Source: Haliotis rufescens
Taxonomy: Eukaryota
DNA: 64,000 bases
Direction: 5' to 3'
Assembly (NCBI RefSeq): GCF_023055435.1
Contig: NW_025964372.1
Coordinates: 23,250,001-23,314,000 of the forward strand
A program made the translations under genes and the position numbers. Of this stretch, positions 1 through 12,889 are shown in pieces. The notes under the pieces are model-generated. The model searched no databases and was not told the DNA's origin. It saw only the letters and a program-made list of their open reading frames with translations. Position 1 is the stretch's first letter, and each line of letters starts with the position of its first letter.

Positions 1-660
1 TGGTTGAACTCGAGAGAAAAAAAAGTTCTTGTTCGAGGTTATTTAAGTTGCAAAATAAAGCGGCTAAAACGAAAACCGACATATAAAACGTATGCCGCAA
101 ACATTCAGTTTCAAATGTGACAGTTGATCCAAACAGAGCTTAAATATTTATAACCTCAAGAAATTATGGATAATTATAAGATCTTTGTTAAATTATATGT
201 AGTGACTTGTCCCATGTAGTTTGCATTCATAACAATCCCCATTTAACCTTGACTACGAAATGAAAAGTAACAATGATATTCAAATGACTAGACAGTGCAC
301 TGTGTGGCACTGTATGTGCTTTATTTTCACTCGTTAAATAACGCAAAGGTCCTGATAGTCTTGGGCTGCTCAACAATGAGGTCGATGGTTCCAAGGGAAA
401 TAGGACATATAAATGTTCAGTACGGAGAGTGGTGGCATGGGGTCTCCCCAGTTTGTCTAGCCTCACTCGCGGAACAGGGGCCAGGGATTGCCCATTAGTC
501 TCTTAACATTGATCATTGGATTTTCTGAACGAGCCTCGATTAATTACAGATCGCCGTCAAATAGCTGAAATAATGTTTGAGTTATGTATGTATGTATGTA
601 TGTGCACCTAGAAATTATGATACAGGCAGAAGAGGTAGACTTAAGGATCATGAAGGAAAG

Positions 661-774
661 ATGATGGAGATGATGGTGATGATGGTGATGATGATGGTGA
701 TGATGATGATGGTGGTGGTGGTGGTAGCGATGATGGTGATGATGACAGTGGTAGTTGTAGTAGTAGTAGTAGTG

Positions 775-816
<42 letters not shown>
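661..816. repeat. Compound trinucleotide microsatellite (GAT/GGT/AGT)n
   Basis: Directly visible; explains the poly-M/V and poly-L ORFs. Confidence 0.95.
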
Positions 817-1553
817 TCATTGCCATTGTTTCAAAAATGATCGTTATTATCATAATTGGTATAAATATATTGTGATAACTGTTAAACTACTGCTATTTTG
901 TCTTTGACCAGGCATTAACTAACTGCATTATTAAATTAACATTTAATTGGCAATGAAGGAATTTCTTTTCTACCATTGCCTTCTATCATAATCTATCATG
1001 TGACCCCGCGGTAAGACCGAAATACGTCTTGGGTACAAGATGACGATGAAAGATAACAATAAGCAACTGACATTAAATAGCCAAAGAGTTATCCCAGTGG
1101 TTCTGCTGTGTGTAATCTCAGGGTGGTAATTACGTCAATCCGCCTCCCTCAGACCAAATGCTCCAGCTGCTTGTGACGAGACCAGTCTGCCAACGGTATA
1201 TATAGACACAGACAGATTTGAACGTGTTTAATTGGCAATCGTCTGTTTCCCCAGTAGTGGGATAGAAAGCTGCACACTTGTTGTCAACTGGGCGACTGTC
1301 TTGGTGAACTATAGGTCGCAATTATTTCCCACTCAAACTGAACGTATCACCGTCTAACCCTTCTCAACACCCGGGCTCTCCTGGAATGCGAGGCTGTCAG
1401 TTGGTTGGACGAAGTTAAATCATTGTTCCTGACACGTGTAGCCGACATGTGTCAGGAATGTGTGATGATTGGTTTGTTGCAGAATGATTATTACATAAAT
1501 GAGTATACTTTGGAATGAGGTTGAATGATGGTACTGTCGAATAATTCGTACCC

Positions 1554-1682
1554 NNNNNNNNNNNNNNNNNNNNNNNNNNNNNNNNNNNNNNNNNNNNNNN
1601 NNNNNNNNNNNNNNNNNNNNNNNNNNNNNNNNNNNNNNNNNNNNNNNNNNNNNNNNNNNNNNNNNNNNNNNNNNNNNNNNNN
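1554..1682. other. Assembly gap (129 N) abutting a tandem repeat
   Basis: The N run is followed by 3 copies of caggt..caattactgtcactgtttaa with (CAT)n spacers (1683, 1745, 1834). Confidence 0.95.
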
Positions 1683-1770
1683 CAGGTTACCAATTACTGT
1701 CACTGTTTAATCATCATCACCATCATCACACTAAACAACACCAACAGGTTAGCAATTACTGTCACTGTTT

Positions 1771-1803
<33 letters not shown>

Positions 1804-1997
1804 CATCACCACCATAACACTAAAAAACACCAACAGGTGACCATTTACTGTTACTGTTTAAACCAGATACGTTTTAATCCGAACATATGTACGGAGAACG
1901 GTCTGATCCGTAATAAGGATTTGATACGCAGACAGTGTACTGTTGAACCTCGTTAATCTATGTTCTTTACTGAGGGTACTAAGTGTGAAATGTTTGT

Positions 1998-2186
1998 CTG
2001 GATGTTGTTCTTAGCAGGAGTCAAGCTATATGGCGGCGGCCTGTAAATAATCGAGTCTGGACCAGACAATCAAGTGATCGAGGCATCAACCAAGTCACTG
2101 AGCCTGACCACCGGATCCATTTGGCCACCTCGCACGACCAGCATAGATTGCTGGGGACCAATTCTAACGTGGAATCACCATGGGGG
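1998..2186 (-). mobile_element. Family B element, old diverged copy
   Basis: Contains ctgtaaataatcgagtctggaccagacaatc plus a decayed head, which on the minus strand reads cccatggtgattcc..ttagaattggtccccagcaa. Confidence 0.7.
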
Positions 2187-3561
2187 ATCACTCACTCGAT
2201 TGGGAACTATCGCTCATACTCTCAACATGTGTCGCTGTTCACATAAATTATTTTGGTCATTTCAATTTTTTTTTTTATCAGGTCGTACGGTCTAAACACA
2301 TTTGCATCAGGAAAAAACGAGTTTTTAGTGAAAAAAGATTATCCATAGGGTATTTCAAAAGATTTATTTACTCTGGGTTTATACACTTTTTGTGTAAGCC
2401 TTTTTATGCGATTTCTTGGTCCTTTTTTCCGCATATTGTTTGAAAGATACAGAGGTGCGGACAAGTTCTTTGAAGAACATCTCTTTCCAACGCTGATAAT
2501 AGTAAGGGTGCTTCGTTCCCACGCAAGACGTCGACAGAAAAAAATATATGTTTTTCACCAACAACAAGCGATAGTTCAGAAAACTAATGCAATTGAAAAT
2601 CCATCGATCCAAGGCTTAATTGTGTTTAATGTTCCTGATGTAGCGACAACAAGATCTCATTTTGTATTCCTCCGCCGAATGGCGCAAAGCTACGGGGGAA
2701 ATGAGGGCTTAAGCGGGTCGCACCGTGCCTGCCCTGGCATGCGACAATTTTCAAGGGATAACTCCAATTTCCAAGAACAAGTTTTTCTCAATTCTAGTTA
2801 GCCTCATTCTTTTAGTTTTTGTAGTTTTTCTTTCCTAGAATAGGAACAAAGTAATGACGTGATGCGTTATTTTCTTGCGATGGATGCTATTTACAAGGTC
2901 GAACTATACAACCGCGAGGAGGGGACTGTACGTCACGTTCAAGGACTTCGCGGAAGGTCATAAGTGGTCAGTTGTTTTGTATGTTCGATTGAACTCGGGT
3001 TCAGAAGTATATGCGCCTGAATGAGTACTACAGTTGGCTTTAGAGTGTTTCAGGTATTTGTGAAGGAGTTCATCAACAAATACAGACACTGAAGCGAATT
3101 ATAAACTAGAAAAGAGTGTCTTGCGTCGATATCTCTGTCTTTAGGATTGCTACAGGATTAAGCATTGCCATTTCATGCATATTATTTGAATGGCGGGTGC
3201 TACTGGTATGTCAGGACATGCTTACCCTTTTCGCGAATATCTTGTGTCATCACTGATTTTCATGGATCCGTTCATAGAATTTTCACTGTTTTGCCTTTTG
3301 TGGAATCTGTGTCGTCGGATAATCGAGAGTGACGGTTCTCTGACGTAGACGTTTTATATTTTGTGGATATATATACAATGATGACTTTGTTCATAAGTGG
3401 ATTAAATTATTAGTATTTTGAAAGATTTGGAATAAATTTGATGTCCTCAGTCAGATGATCTAAAATATGTATAATAGCTTAAAGTATTTTACTATATAAT
3501 TTTTAAAGTTGATGCGACGTGGTGATTTATTTTAAGACAGCAAAGGGAACAAGGTATTGTG

Positions 3562-4010
3562 CTATGTACAGAACGATGGATTCCGGGAAAGAATCTTTGA
3601 AATTCACGGGTGATTCCGGAATTATTTCCGAGCAAATCTGGGAGTGTATGAATAAGTGGATGTGTGGATGAAGGAGGGAGCTTTACGCGGCATACATCAA
3701 TATTCACGTGGCATTAAACTATGTACAGAACGATGGATTCCGGGACAGAATCTTGGAAATTCCGGGGTAATTCCGCGATGATTTCCGGCGAAAATTTGGG
3801 CGTGTATGAGTGGATGGCTGAGTGAGCTTTACGCGACATACATCAATATTCAAGTGGTATCATACTATATACAGAACGGTGGATTCCGAGATCTAATTTT
3901 GGAAATTCCGGGGTAATTCCGCGATGATTTCCGAGAAATTTTGAGAGTTATGAATGAGTGGATGAGTGGATGGTTGAGTGAATTTTACGCGAATACAGCA
4001 ATATTCTAGT
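3562..4010. repeat. Three tandem copies of a ~150-bp unit
   Basis: ctat(g/a)tacagaacg recurs at 3562, 3719 and 3865; each unit ends in a SINE-tail-like gag..tttacgcg..caatatt. Confidence 0.85.
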
Positions 4011-4099
4011 AGTATCCTGGGGTGGGGTAATCGAACCCTATTTTGTGTGACGAACTATAGCTTTAACACCAAGGTTACCCGTCGACGCGGGTCCTCTTC

Positions 4100-4915
4100 A
4101 GAATCAAGTCAAGTCCCGTTAATCCGACATGGTGAGTTGCATATGATTGTGTCGGATTAACGAGTATGTCGGATAAACAAAATTAGGTAGTATCAACGTT
4201 CGTGATCGACAATCGGACAACTACACGATAGATAACAATGCAAACACGTTGTAATACAAAGGAAACAGGAAATATTCATATTGTTATGTTTCATTGTCAG
4301 CGGAATATGTTTTCTAATCATGCAACCTCTAAAGTTTAACACAAAACTACTTTTACGGACTGTATGACTGATCAAAAATACTTTTTAAAGTCTGGAACGG
4401 AAGTCGCCAATGCTCAAGAAAGCGGCTTTCTTAGTGGCTATTGTCGACTTCCTGTTAGTCATTTCATTGGTCGGCCAAAGTTCGCGAAAGGGCGTTCTGA
4501 CGTGACCTGTAATGGGATGTCCTCAGCGGTAGCGAGAACTTGTATCCGATTTTAATGAGACTGAGGTAATCTAAGCATGTGATTAATCCTGTTTTGTTCA
4601 TTTAAAACAGTAATTGTTTATTGTTAAGCAAGTTTATCTCACCAGCCATTGTAATATGCAGCTACCAGCCGACTCATCTCGCATAAAAAAACGGGCTTTG
4701 TACTCACTGGCAGATGACCACGGAGTACGCTGATCACTGTGTCGGATTAACGAGACTGAATGATAAGTGGTTTCAGCAATTCGTTGCATATTAGGTGTGT
4801 CGGAGTCGGAGTGCGAGACTGTCGAATTAACGGGTCTAAATAGCACTCATTTAATCGGTTCCCATCATTGGTGTCAGATAAAGCCGATTGTCGGATTAAC
4901 GAGTGTCGGATTTAA
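4100..4915. mobile_element. Decayed Tc1/mariner/pogo-type MITE
   Basis: cgttaatccgaca at the left end with repeated inverse tgtcggattaacgag motifs internally and at the right end. Confidence 0.55.
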
Positions 4916-5390
4916 CTATTTTCTGTGATGAATAAATATAGTAAAAATGAAACTGTCGAAATAGAAACAGATGGATTTATTGGGTATGTTATTGTGCTAG
5001 GTGACAAATGTTAGTTTGCCATTATTTCGCAAATTTATATAGCGCATAGCAAATTTATAAAGCGCGCATGTACGTATTTCACTAAAATTCTAACGTGCAG
5101 GGACATATATTCCATTGCACGCCTTACAGTGCTATTTGTACACCTGGTGTCATCACTGATTTTGTGTTTGATCTATTCATATGATTCTCATCACTATTTT
5201 GCCATTTTCGCCAAATAGTAACGGTTTCGTGAGGTGATCGAGATCGATTGTTCTCTGATGTTGACCTTTCATGTATAAAACGAAGTGAGGTCATAGTTTA
5301 ATGAACGATGCGATACCGTTCCCATCCTCCTTTGCCGTAAGCAGTACGTGACGTGTAAACAGGACTGATTCCTTTCATGTCTGATCTAAC

Positions 5391-5647
5391 CGGGGCATGG
5401 GTGGCCCAGTTGTCTAAGGCGCCGCGATTCGCTGTGCAGGGCACGTTCGAAACCTATGATTGTGGGTTCGAATCCTGGTTTGCCCCGATTATGTTTCTAG
5501 GTTTGTCAGCACCATACCCGTGCTCGTAGGTTTCACCGAAGCGGTAAACGTCTAACACCTGCGGGCGTTCCTCCCACATTAAGCTGACACGCCGCGATAT
5601 AACTGGAATACTGTTAAAAGTGACGTTAAACCCAACTCATCCACTCA
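5391..5647 (+). mobile_element. SINE family C (tRNA-Leu-like head)
   Basis: A box tggcccagttgtctaagg, B box ggttcgaatcc, (ACTC)-type tail, TSD ctgatctaac (5381-5390/5648-5657). Confidence 0.9.
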
Positions 5648-6523
5648 CTGATCTAACGCCGTATCTGTGGCGATTTGACTCTCACCTTCACCGCTTTTTG
5701 TAACTCCCCAAATCACGATAGTTCAAATTGCACATTGATAACAAAATCCTTCAGCATACCTCGGTAATACCGGACCCAATTTTCTTCCCTTTTCCGTGAT
5801 GATACTTCCTTAAACTCCCACACACAAAGAGCACTGGTTGTAGCTTCAATAACGACCTTTATTGCCACAAGTCGTGTAGGAGTACATAATGCTATTAACT
5901 TCAGTGGTACAATGGATTCCTGATCTACTTATCTGAAAGTAGTCATACGGCTCCGTCTTAGTCATAATGACATTGTCGATATGTAGAGCAACGTTAGATG
6001 TCGTAAAATCTCGAAGCGACTCCTTACAACATTCTTTCTATTGGCCGGACGCCGTGTGTCATTGCATATCTGTGCATGGTCAGCCCTCAAACACATCTCA
6101 TGAGCATAACGTAATTAAGATCAGGTTTTTAATGCATAAGTCGCCCGCTTTGCGTATCAACTCCACGAAATTAAGAGTATTGACCAAATACTATCAGTCC
6201 GATTACGGCTCTTGAATGTGATTTAGGCAGAGTAAACAATAATCAACGTTGTGCTGTTGACAATATCGGGATCCTTCTGAAGAGGGGATCAACGCCATCT
6301 ATGGATAGTCGACTACAAATAATCTTACATGCATAATATAACAACATTTCCATGCTGTTTCGCCACAAATAATCCTCGATTCGGCCAGTGGTCAAAGGCG
6401 CCACTATTCTCTGAGTAAAACCAGTATCTTGGTTTCGAGTCCCAGATTTGTACTGAATATGATCCTTGGTTTCTTTGCACCATACCCGTTCTCGTTGAAG
6501 ACACCTGCGTCACCTTGGATTTC

Positions 6524-6694
6524 AGACCGCCTCCGTGGTCCAGTGGTAGAGCGTCCGCCCGGAGAGCGCAGGGTCCGGGATTCGATCCCCGGCCTCGTCA
6601 TACCAAAAGACTTTAAAAGATGGTACTTGTTGTTACCTGTTAAAACAAGGACTGGTCGGCTCGGACGCGACGTTAAGTCCAATTTCACCTCACC
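6524..6694 (+). mobile_element. SINE family A, internally deleted, nested in an old family C copy (~6375-6745)
   Basis: tRNA head, (TCACC)n tail, 14-bp TSD tcaccttggatttc (6510-6523/6695-6708). Confidence 0.9.
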
Positions 6695-7932
6695 TCACCT
6701 TGGATTTCCCTCCCACATGAAACTGACACGCTGTGATATAACGTGATGTATAAACCAAAAACACGAACACATGTCAAAGACATATTCATAAAAATAATAG
6801 GAATCGGTGACAAAACTGTTGACGATAACAAGAGTTGACAGATTTGATGGATACTTGCACATCAAAACACTAGATTCATTATTTGTGCGGGTGACCTTTG
6901 GAAGACTTAAAAACTAATACATTTTCGCGGACTGATATTATCAAAGCACGAACATAAAATTTACATTAGTGTAAAATTCAATATTCACACGAAACGTGTA
7001 TTAAACTGACTTTGAAGACAGATCGGGAAACGTGGATGGATACTTCTATTTAAATCTGTGATTTGCCCATCTGATCTTCCCATGTTCGACTGAAAGCGAA
7101 AACTTAGTGAGGGCCTCTTTTTGTGCGCAAATATTACTGGCAGCTGATCCCAATCAGCGATCCGTCAAGTGCTAATTTCTAATCAATTTCATTGCATGAT
7201 ATCTACGCTTAATCCTGGGAGAAAGATTTAACGAACCGCTCCTCAAATATGTTCCAGGTGAAGAATTAAAAGTAGATCGGTCACTGTTCGCGGGGTAGTA
7301 CATTTGAGAACGTGACCGAAGCTCATTCATCATTTAGTAACCTTCCGTGCTCATTTCTCAACATCCTTTGTGTCTGTTCCGTGACAGTATATGTTTCAAA
7401 CGAATGTTGCGTATCACTCAGCCCAGCACCTGGGACAGCAACGTCGCCACCTTCAAAGCAATTCCGTTATAGAAATTCAATTCATTGAGAGTGATGGGAT
7501 GATTTCGTGTTGTGCAATACGCCGATGTCGAATTCACGGCGTTATGTATTACGTTCGGTACATGTACCTGCTAGTCTAGTTCTATTTTATGTTATTGTGC
7601 TGCTACAGCAATCTGCATTTAGAGACGTATTTTCCGATTTCTATTATAAACCATTGGCAGGTTTGATTTGGACAGTACTCCAAATGTCAGTTTAGACGTT
7701 GTAATTCTGTTTTATGCGTAGTGTAAAGCCACTTTAACACTGACAACTGAAGTTTGCAAACCAAAGTTGGCAACTTTAGAAAGTTTTCAGGACAAATATG
7801 AACAGTCGTCTCAAGTGCTGCAATTTGTTGTGCAGAAATTCGCCCTCCTATGCATGCAATGAACCGGTGATCGTTAATCAATCCCGATTCGCAATGATTA
7901 TGTCTTGGTTGGAATTGAACTCCAGCTTGTGC

Positions 7933-8008
7933 GGTGAAATGGGGTTTAACGTCTCGTCCAAGATTATTGCACTTATATATAGCCACGTGAATGCACGTGT
8001 GTGTGTAT

Positions 8009-8039
<31 letters not shown>

Positions 8040-8254
8040 GGGGGGGGGGCTGCTTGTACTAGTCCGGACTCAGACACAGTATACTGACTCCAAGCTGACC
8101 AATCCTTGTTTTAGCCCCTTAATGCCGAGCACCAGACAGGGTAACAAACAAGTACCATCTTTTAACGTCTTTTGGTGTGACGAGGCCGGGGATCCAACCC
8201 CGGACCTTCCGCTCTCCGGGTGGACGCTCTACCACAAGACCACGGAGGCGGTCT
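7933..8254 (-). mobile_element. SINE family A with expanded internal (GT)n/poly-G tract
   Basis: Reverse complement of the copies at 9003 and 19188. Confidence 0.9.
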
Positions 8255-8264
8255 CCAGCCTGCA

Positions 8265-8880
8265 AGAGAGAGCATAGCAGTCACAGATGCAAGTATCAAT
8301 ATATCTGACTCTGTCAAAGGTCTTAGTGTCGATATTGATGCCAGCTTATCCATGGAGACTCAAGTGAATCGTCTATGTCAAACCTGCCACTTCCACATCC
8401 GTGCTTTCCGTAAAATCCGTCAGTATCTTACTACCAAATCCACACATGAACGTGTTACATCCAGACTCGATTATTGCAACTGTATCTAGGCTCAGTCTTG
8501 GCCTCATTGACTCGCTTCAGAAAGTACATAAAACAGCTGCACGCATCGTCAGCAGGTCATCAAGACCTGAGCATATAACACCTGGGCTTAGGGCCCTCCA
8601 CAGGCTGCAGGTCAGGGCCTGGAAAGACTTTAAGATTATTTCTTTGACATGTAAATCTCTTCATGGACTGACACCCTCTTACATGCGTCTTTCTAAACTG
8701 ATCATCCACTGAGGAAATAACGTGACTAAATCATCAACATCACTTGACCGACAACCTTAGAAACTGAAGTCCTCTGGATTACGATCATTGTCCATTAAAG
8801 CTCCTGTGTCATGGAATGATCTTCCATAAAGCACGCAACACACTGACATAAGGACACACAAATCCATGCTTCAAACACTT
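8265..8880 (+). pseudogene. L2/CR1-group LINE ORF2 C-terminal relic
   Basis: Frameshifted peptides LSMETQVNRLCQTCHFHIRAFRKIRQYLT, VTSRLDYCN, LQKVHKTAARIV, EHITPGLRALH and FKIISLTCKSLHGLTPSY match the L2 post-RT consensus. Confidence 0.85.
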
Positions 8881-9002
8881 TATTTTCTCTGTATTACTTC
8901 CCGTAACTACCATTGTTGCCCAGTTTGTCCTGACTTTTGTATATCAAGTAAAACTATGTATTTTTACGTGTGTTCACACTGTTTGCCTTGAGCATGTCCC
9001 AG

Positions 9003-9338
9003 GGCGTGGAGGTAGAGCATCCACCCGGAGAGCGGAAGGTCCGGGGTTCGATCCCCGGCCGCGTCATACCAAAAGACGTTAAAAGATGGTACTTGTTGTT
9101 ACCCTGTCTGGCTCTCGGCATTAAGGGGCTAAAACAAGGACTGGTCGGCTCGGAGTCAGTATACTGTGTCTGAGTGGGGTATTCATGTTAAACTGCGGCA
9201 TGGTATCTTAGTGGGCTAGCACTATAAATCGGCATCTGTCCGGACTAGTACAAGCAGCCACACAAACACACACACGTACATGCACGTCGCTATATAAGTG
9301 CAATAATCTTGGACGCGACGTTAAACCCAATTTCACCT
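9003..9338 (+). mobile_element. SINE family A (tRNA head plus Meta/MESC-type body)
   Basis: ggtagagc..ggttcgatccc head. The body gtcataccaaaagacgttaaaagatggtacttgttg..gcattaagg..gactggtcggctcggagtcag resembles the molluscan MetaSINE/MESC core as I recall it. Confidence 0.85.
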
Positions 9339-9771
9339 ATATATAAAATAGTGGAAGAGGAAAGGTTCTTTCGAAGCCAAAAAAATATAATAAAATGTTT
9401 TCATTTACTGAGTCTTAGTCTAAACGCACCGGTGTCTTAGTACCTATGCTTGGAGAAAGAAAATAAAACAGTGACGCGTAAAGATAACACCATAAATATT
9501 ATTGTAAACCCGTTTGAGGATTAAACAGTGCTTGTAATGAGTGCTCGATGACTATCTTTTAATGCATGTGCCAAGTGACATTCCTAGCTAGCATGATTAA
9601 GTAGTTATACCTGCTATTTTCTTTTGCCAAATCCGTGTGTTGTAATTTAATATTGCAGTAAAGGCGTCAGCTAAAAAAAGAGAAACAATGTCTCAGTTTA
9701 CAACAATGAGATCTGGACAGGATGTTGGTTATAGATCAGGAACCAAACATAATCCCCTAAATTGAGAAAAT

Positions 9772-10145
9772 TAGTGAGTATGATTTTACGCCGCTTTTAG
9801 CAATATTCAGCAACATCACGAAGGGGGACACCATGTATGAGCTTAACACATTGTAACCATGTGGGGAATCACATTGTAACCATGTGGGAATCACATTGTA
9901 ACCATGTGGGAATCACATTGTAACCATGTGGGAATCACATTGTAACCATGTGGGAATCACATTGTAACCATTCGGGAATCACATTGTAACCATGTGGGGA
10001 ATCACATTGTAACTATGTGGGAATTACATTGTAACCATGTGTGAATCACATTGTAACCATTTGGGAATCACATTGTAACCATGTGGGGAATCACATTGTA
10101 ACCATGTGGGGAAAACGCTTCAATCACTAGGCTATCCCGCCACCC
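9772..10145 (-). mobile_element. SINE family D containing a 12 x 22-bp minisatellite (9847-10112)
   Basis: Flanks match the D copy at 46057-46215; unit CACATTGTAACCATGTGGG(G)AAT. Confidence 0.9.
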
Positions 10146-10440
10146 TATTCTTTTTTAAACCCCGTCATATGACAGCCACAGGATTATCTTGTCGACAAAT
10201 CCCACTCTTAACATTTCTTTGTACAGACCGGCCACGAATATTGCCCGCGGCAAGAAACAGAGTGCATCTCCTTCCACCGTCACTGCCTCCCCGACATCAG
10301 TGTACTTCTACGACTTCTTCCTTAACGACATCGTACCTCATCCACTAACATCGTCAACGTACTTAATTATCATTCAACCCGCGAGACACATCAGCACCAT
10401 CATATCCTATTTCTGTCCCGTGCATACATTGTGTATGCGT

Positions 10441-10698
10441 GTTTGTTTGTTGATTAACGCCGCACTCAGCAATATTTCAACTGTATGAGGGCGGTCTGTA
10501 AATAATCGTGTCTGGACCACACAATCTAGTGATTGATATCATGAGCATCGATCCACGCAATTGGGATAAGATGACATCCACCAAGTCAGCGAGCCTGACC
10601 TCCCGATTCCGGTGGTCGCCTCTTACGACAAGAATAGTCGCCTCTCACGACAAGCATGTGTTGCTGAAGACCTATTCTAACCAGGATCTTCACGGGGG
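10441..10698 (-). mobile_element. Family B element, full length
   Basis: Reverse complement of the 18393 copy; flanked by the imperfect duplication atacattgt(g/t)tatgc(g/c)t. Confidence 0.9.
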
Positions 10699-11282
10699 TA
10701 TACATTGTTTATGCCTGTTTGTAGAAGACTTTGTTTACAACCATGTTTTACTCTCTCTGAATTTGGCGTTCAGAGCTGAACGCTCACAAAAAGGGGGCCG
10801 ATCATTTGAAATTCGGCTTGTACCCTTCCTTTCGTATTCTTGAGGTGTTGATAATTGGAAGAAACAAGAAATTCAGGCTATTGACCCCTTTCACGAAGAA
10901 TCATGTCAGACAATAGATTTCGCCAACCCCGCTCTTCCCTTAATCGCTCACTTTCGCCAATTAAAGTGGGAGGGCGTGGTTGATTTAACGTGGAAGCTCT
11001 TCATGACCGAACTTTATTGTGTATTTTTGCACATATTTATTTGCCTGATGATCCTATTGTAAAGTGTCGTTTTGCATCAATATGTAAACATGAAATGTAG
11101 ATGAATGCAATGAATTAAATGAGACTGTCCAACCCATTGTCAGTGGATGTCCAGCTTTGGCACAAACATAGTATCTTAAGGGAGATGATAGCTTGGGTCG
11201 ATCATTTTATTACCGTCTTTGCCGTGCTTGTACATGTGGTTTTGAGGTCCATTCATGGTACGACCCAGAATATGTAGCGGGC

Positions 11283-11690
11283 GTCATTGAAAATGATAAT
11301 TATATAATTCTTTGGAATTGCCCCGCATACAGCCTGGTTAGGTAACCAGGCCAACAAACCTGATCTTGTCCTGTTCGATAAATCCATTGAAATCATTTAT
11401 ATCATTGAATTCTCTGTTCACTTTTACATTAATGTGATTCACATGATTCAGGAAATACATGGCAAATATGCGGCCCTCGCTTACAAAATGTCACGATTGC
11501 ATCCCAAGTACCAAATTGTCCGACTCCCTATTGTTCTCGGTGCCTTGGGTTTGGTACCTCCCAATCTGTTGACTGACTTTGGGAGAGTATCCGGGTTTTC
11601 TACCAGGAATACAGCCCTTCTGACAATATGGGTAATGCGGAAGGCTGCAGTGTTGGGGAGTCTTCACATTCTCTGAAAAGTTCTCGGTGG
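11283..11690 (+). pseudogene. RLE-type non-LTR retrotransposon (R4/Dong-like) endonuclease relic
   Basis: ENDNYIILWN..ANKPDLVLFDK..IIEFSV..KYAALAY..LPIVLGALGLVP..MRKAAVLGSLHIL fits the PD-(D/E)xK restriction-like endonuclease C-terminus. Confidence 0.8.
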
Positions 11691-12061
11691 GTTTGACTAG
11701 GCAGCACTTCCAGGGAAAAGTTCCATTCGCTGTCTTGGCTGCGTGTAGAGAGAGCAATGGCCCTGAGCTGATGATGAGCCTAACCAGCCTTTATCAAAGG
11801 TCAAGGTTTTCTTTGAGGTCATTATTGCGAAACATTGTTGGTCATTCATTGCCGGTTAGTGTGGTAGTTGACTTATGTTTTGATTAAGGTGAAGGCCAAG
11901 TAGCATTGTGTACTGGAAGAACATGGTGGTAAGTAAAGACATTAGGTGCTTGCAGCACATGACTGTGAAGAGCTGCTTCAGCTTTTGCAAGTCCTTTCAA
12001 ACACCATTCCCACCACGGTAATTTGAGTGCGCCCGAATTCGACAATGAGAAGAAGATGTAG

Positions 12062-12313
12062 AACCGGGAAGACCCGGGGTAGAATAGGTCTTTAGCAACC
12101 CATGCTTGCCGTAAAAGGCGACTACGCTTGTGGTAAGTGGAGACTAACGGGATCAGGTTATAGGGCTCGGTGACTTGGTTGATACATGTCATCGTATCCC
12201 AATTGCGTGGATCGATGTTTATGATGTCAATCACAGTACTGTCTGGTCAAGACTCGATCGATTATTTACAGACCTATAAAGCTGGAATATCGCTGAGTGC
12301 GGCGTTAAACAAC
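12062..12313 (+). mobile_element. Family B element
   Basis: gaagacccggggtagaataggtc...gctgagtgcggcgttaaacaacaa. Confidence 0.9.
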
Positions 12314-12889
12314 AAGTAGTATTACATTATCAACTAACCGTGAATGGATTGTGGATGCTGTGAATTAGAGTCCACGTACAGCCACTCTTCACAGAGACCT
12401 CTGTGAACTGAATCTCTCGATATACTCGTCGATACACTTTATCACAATGACCTCGATATATATTGGGGTTAACATCACTTTGCTCTTCAGGTACGAGATG
12501 TTAGCTTCGTGATTACAGAAATCCAAAATCGTCTCTGGTCGTGGGGGTGTTTCTTTGGTGAAACCCACGAGTACGACCACCATGGAGACAATCGACAGAT
12601 CATATACGAGGCGATAAAGGATATTCGAACCCACGACTCGCGGATCCTGGTCCCTTAGGCCACTGAACCAGCCAACCCCCATAAGTATATCAGACAGAAC
12701 GTTCCTGGCTGTGTACAAAAATAGAACTTTGTGAGTGAAAGAGAGCATGTCATGCAAGTCATTGACGGTGATACGACGTGAACGGACACAGTGTTGAGAA
12801 ACTAGTAAGAATTAACACCACGGTAAAGGTGGAATTCGATTCTGGCACAACTAGAAGAAACCCTGCACACCGACTTCCGGCACCTCAAC

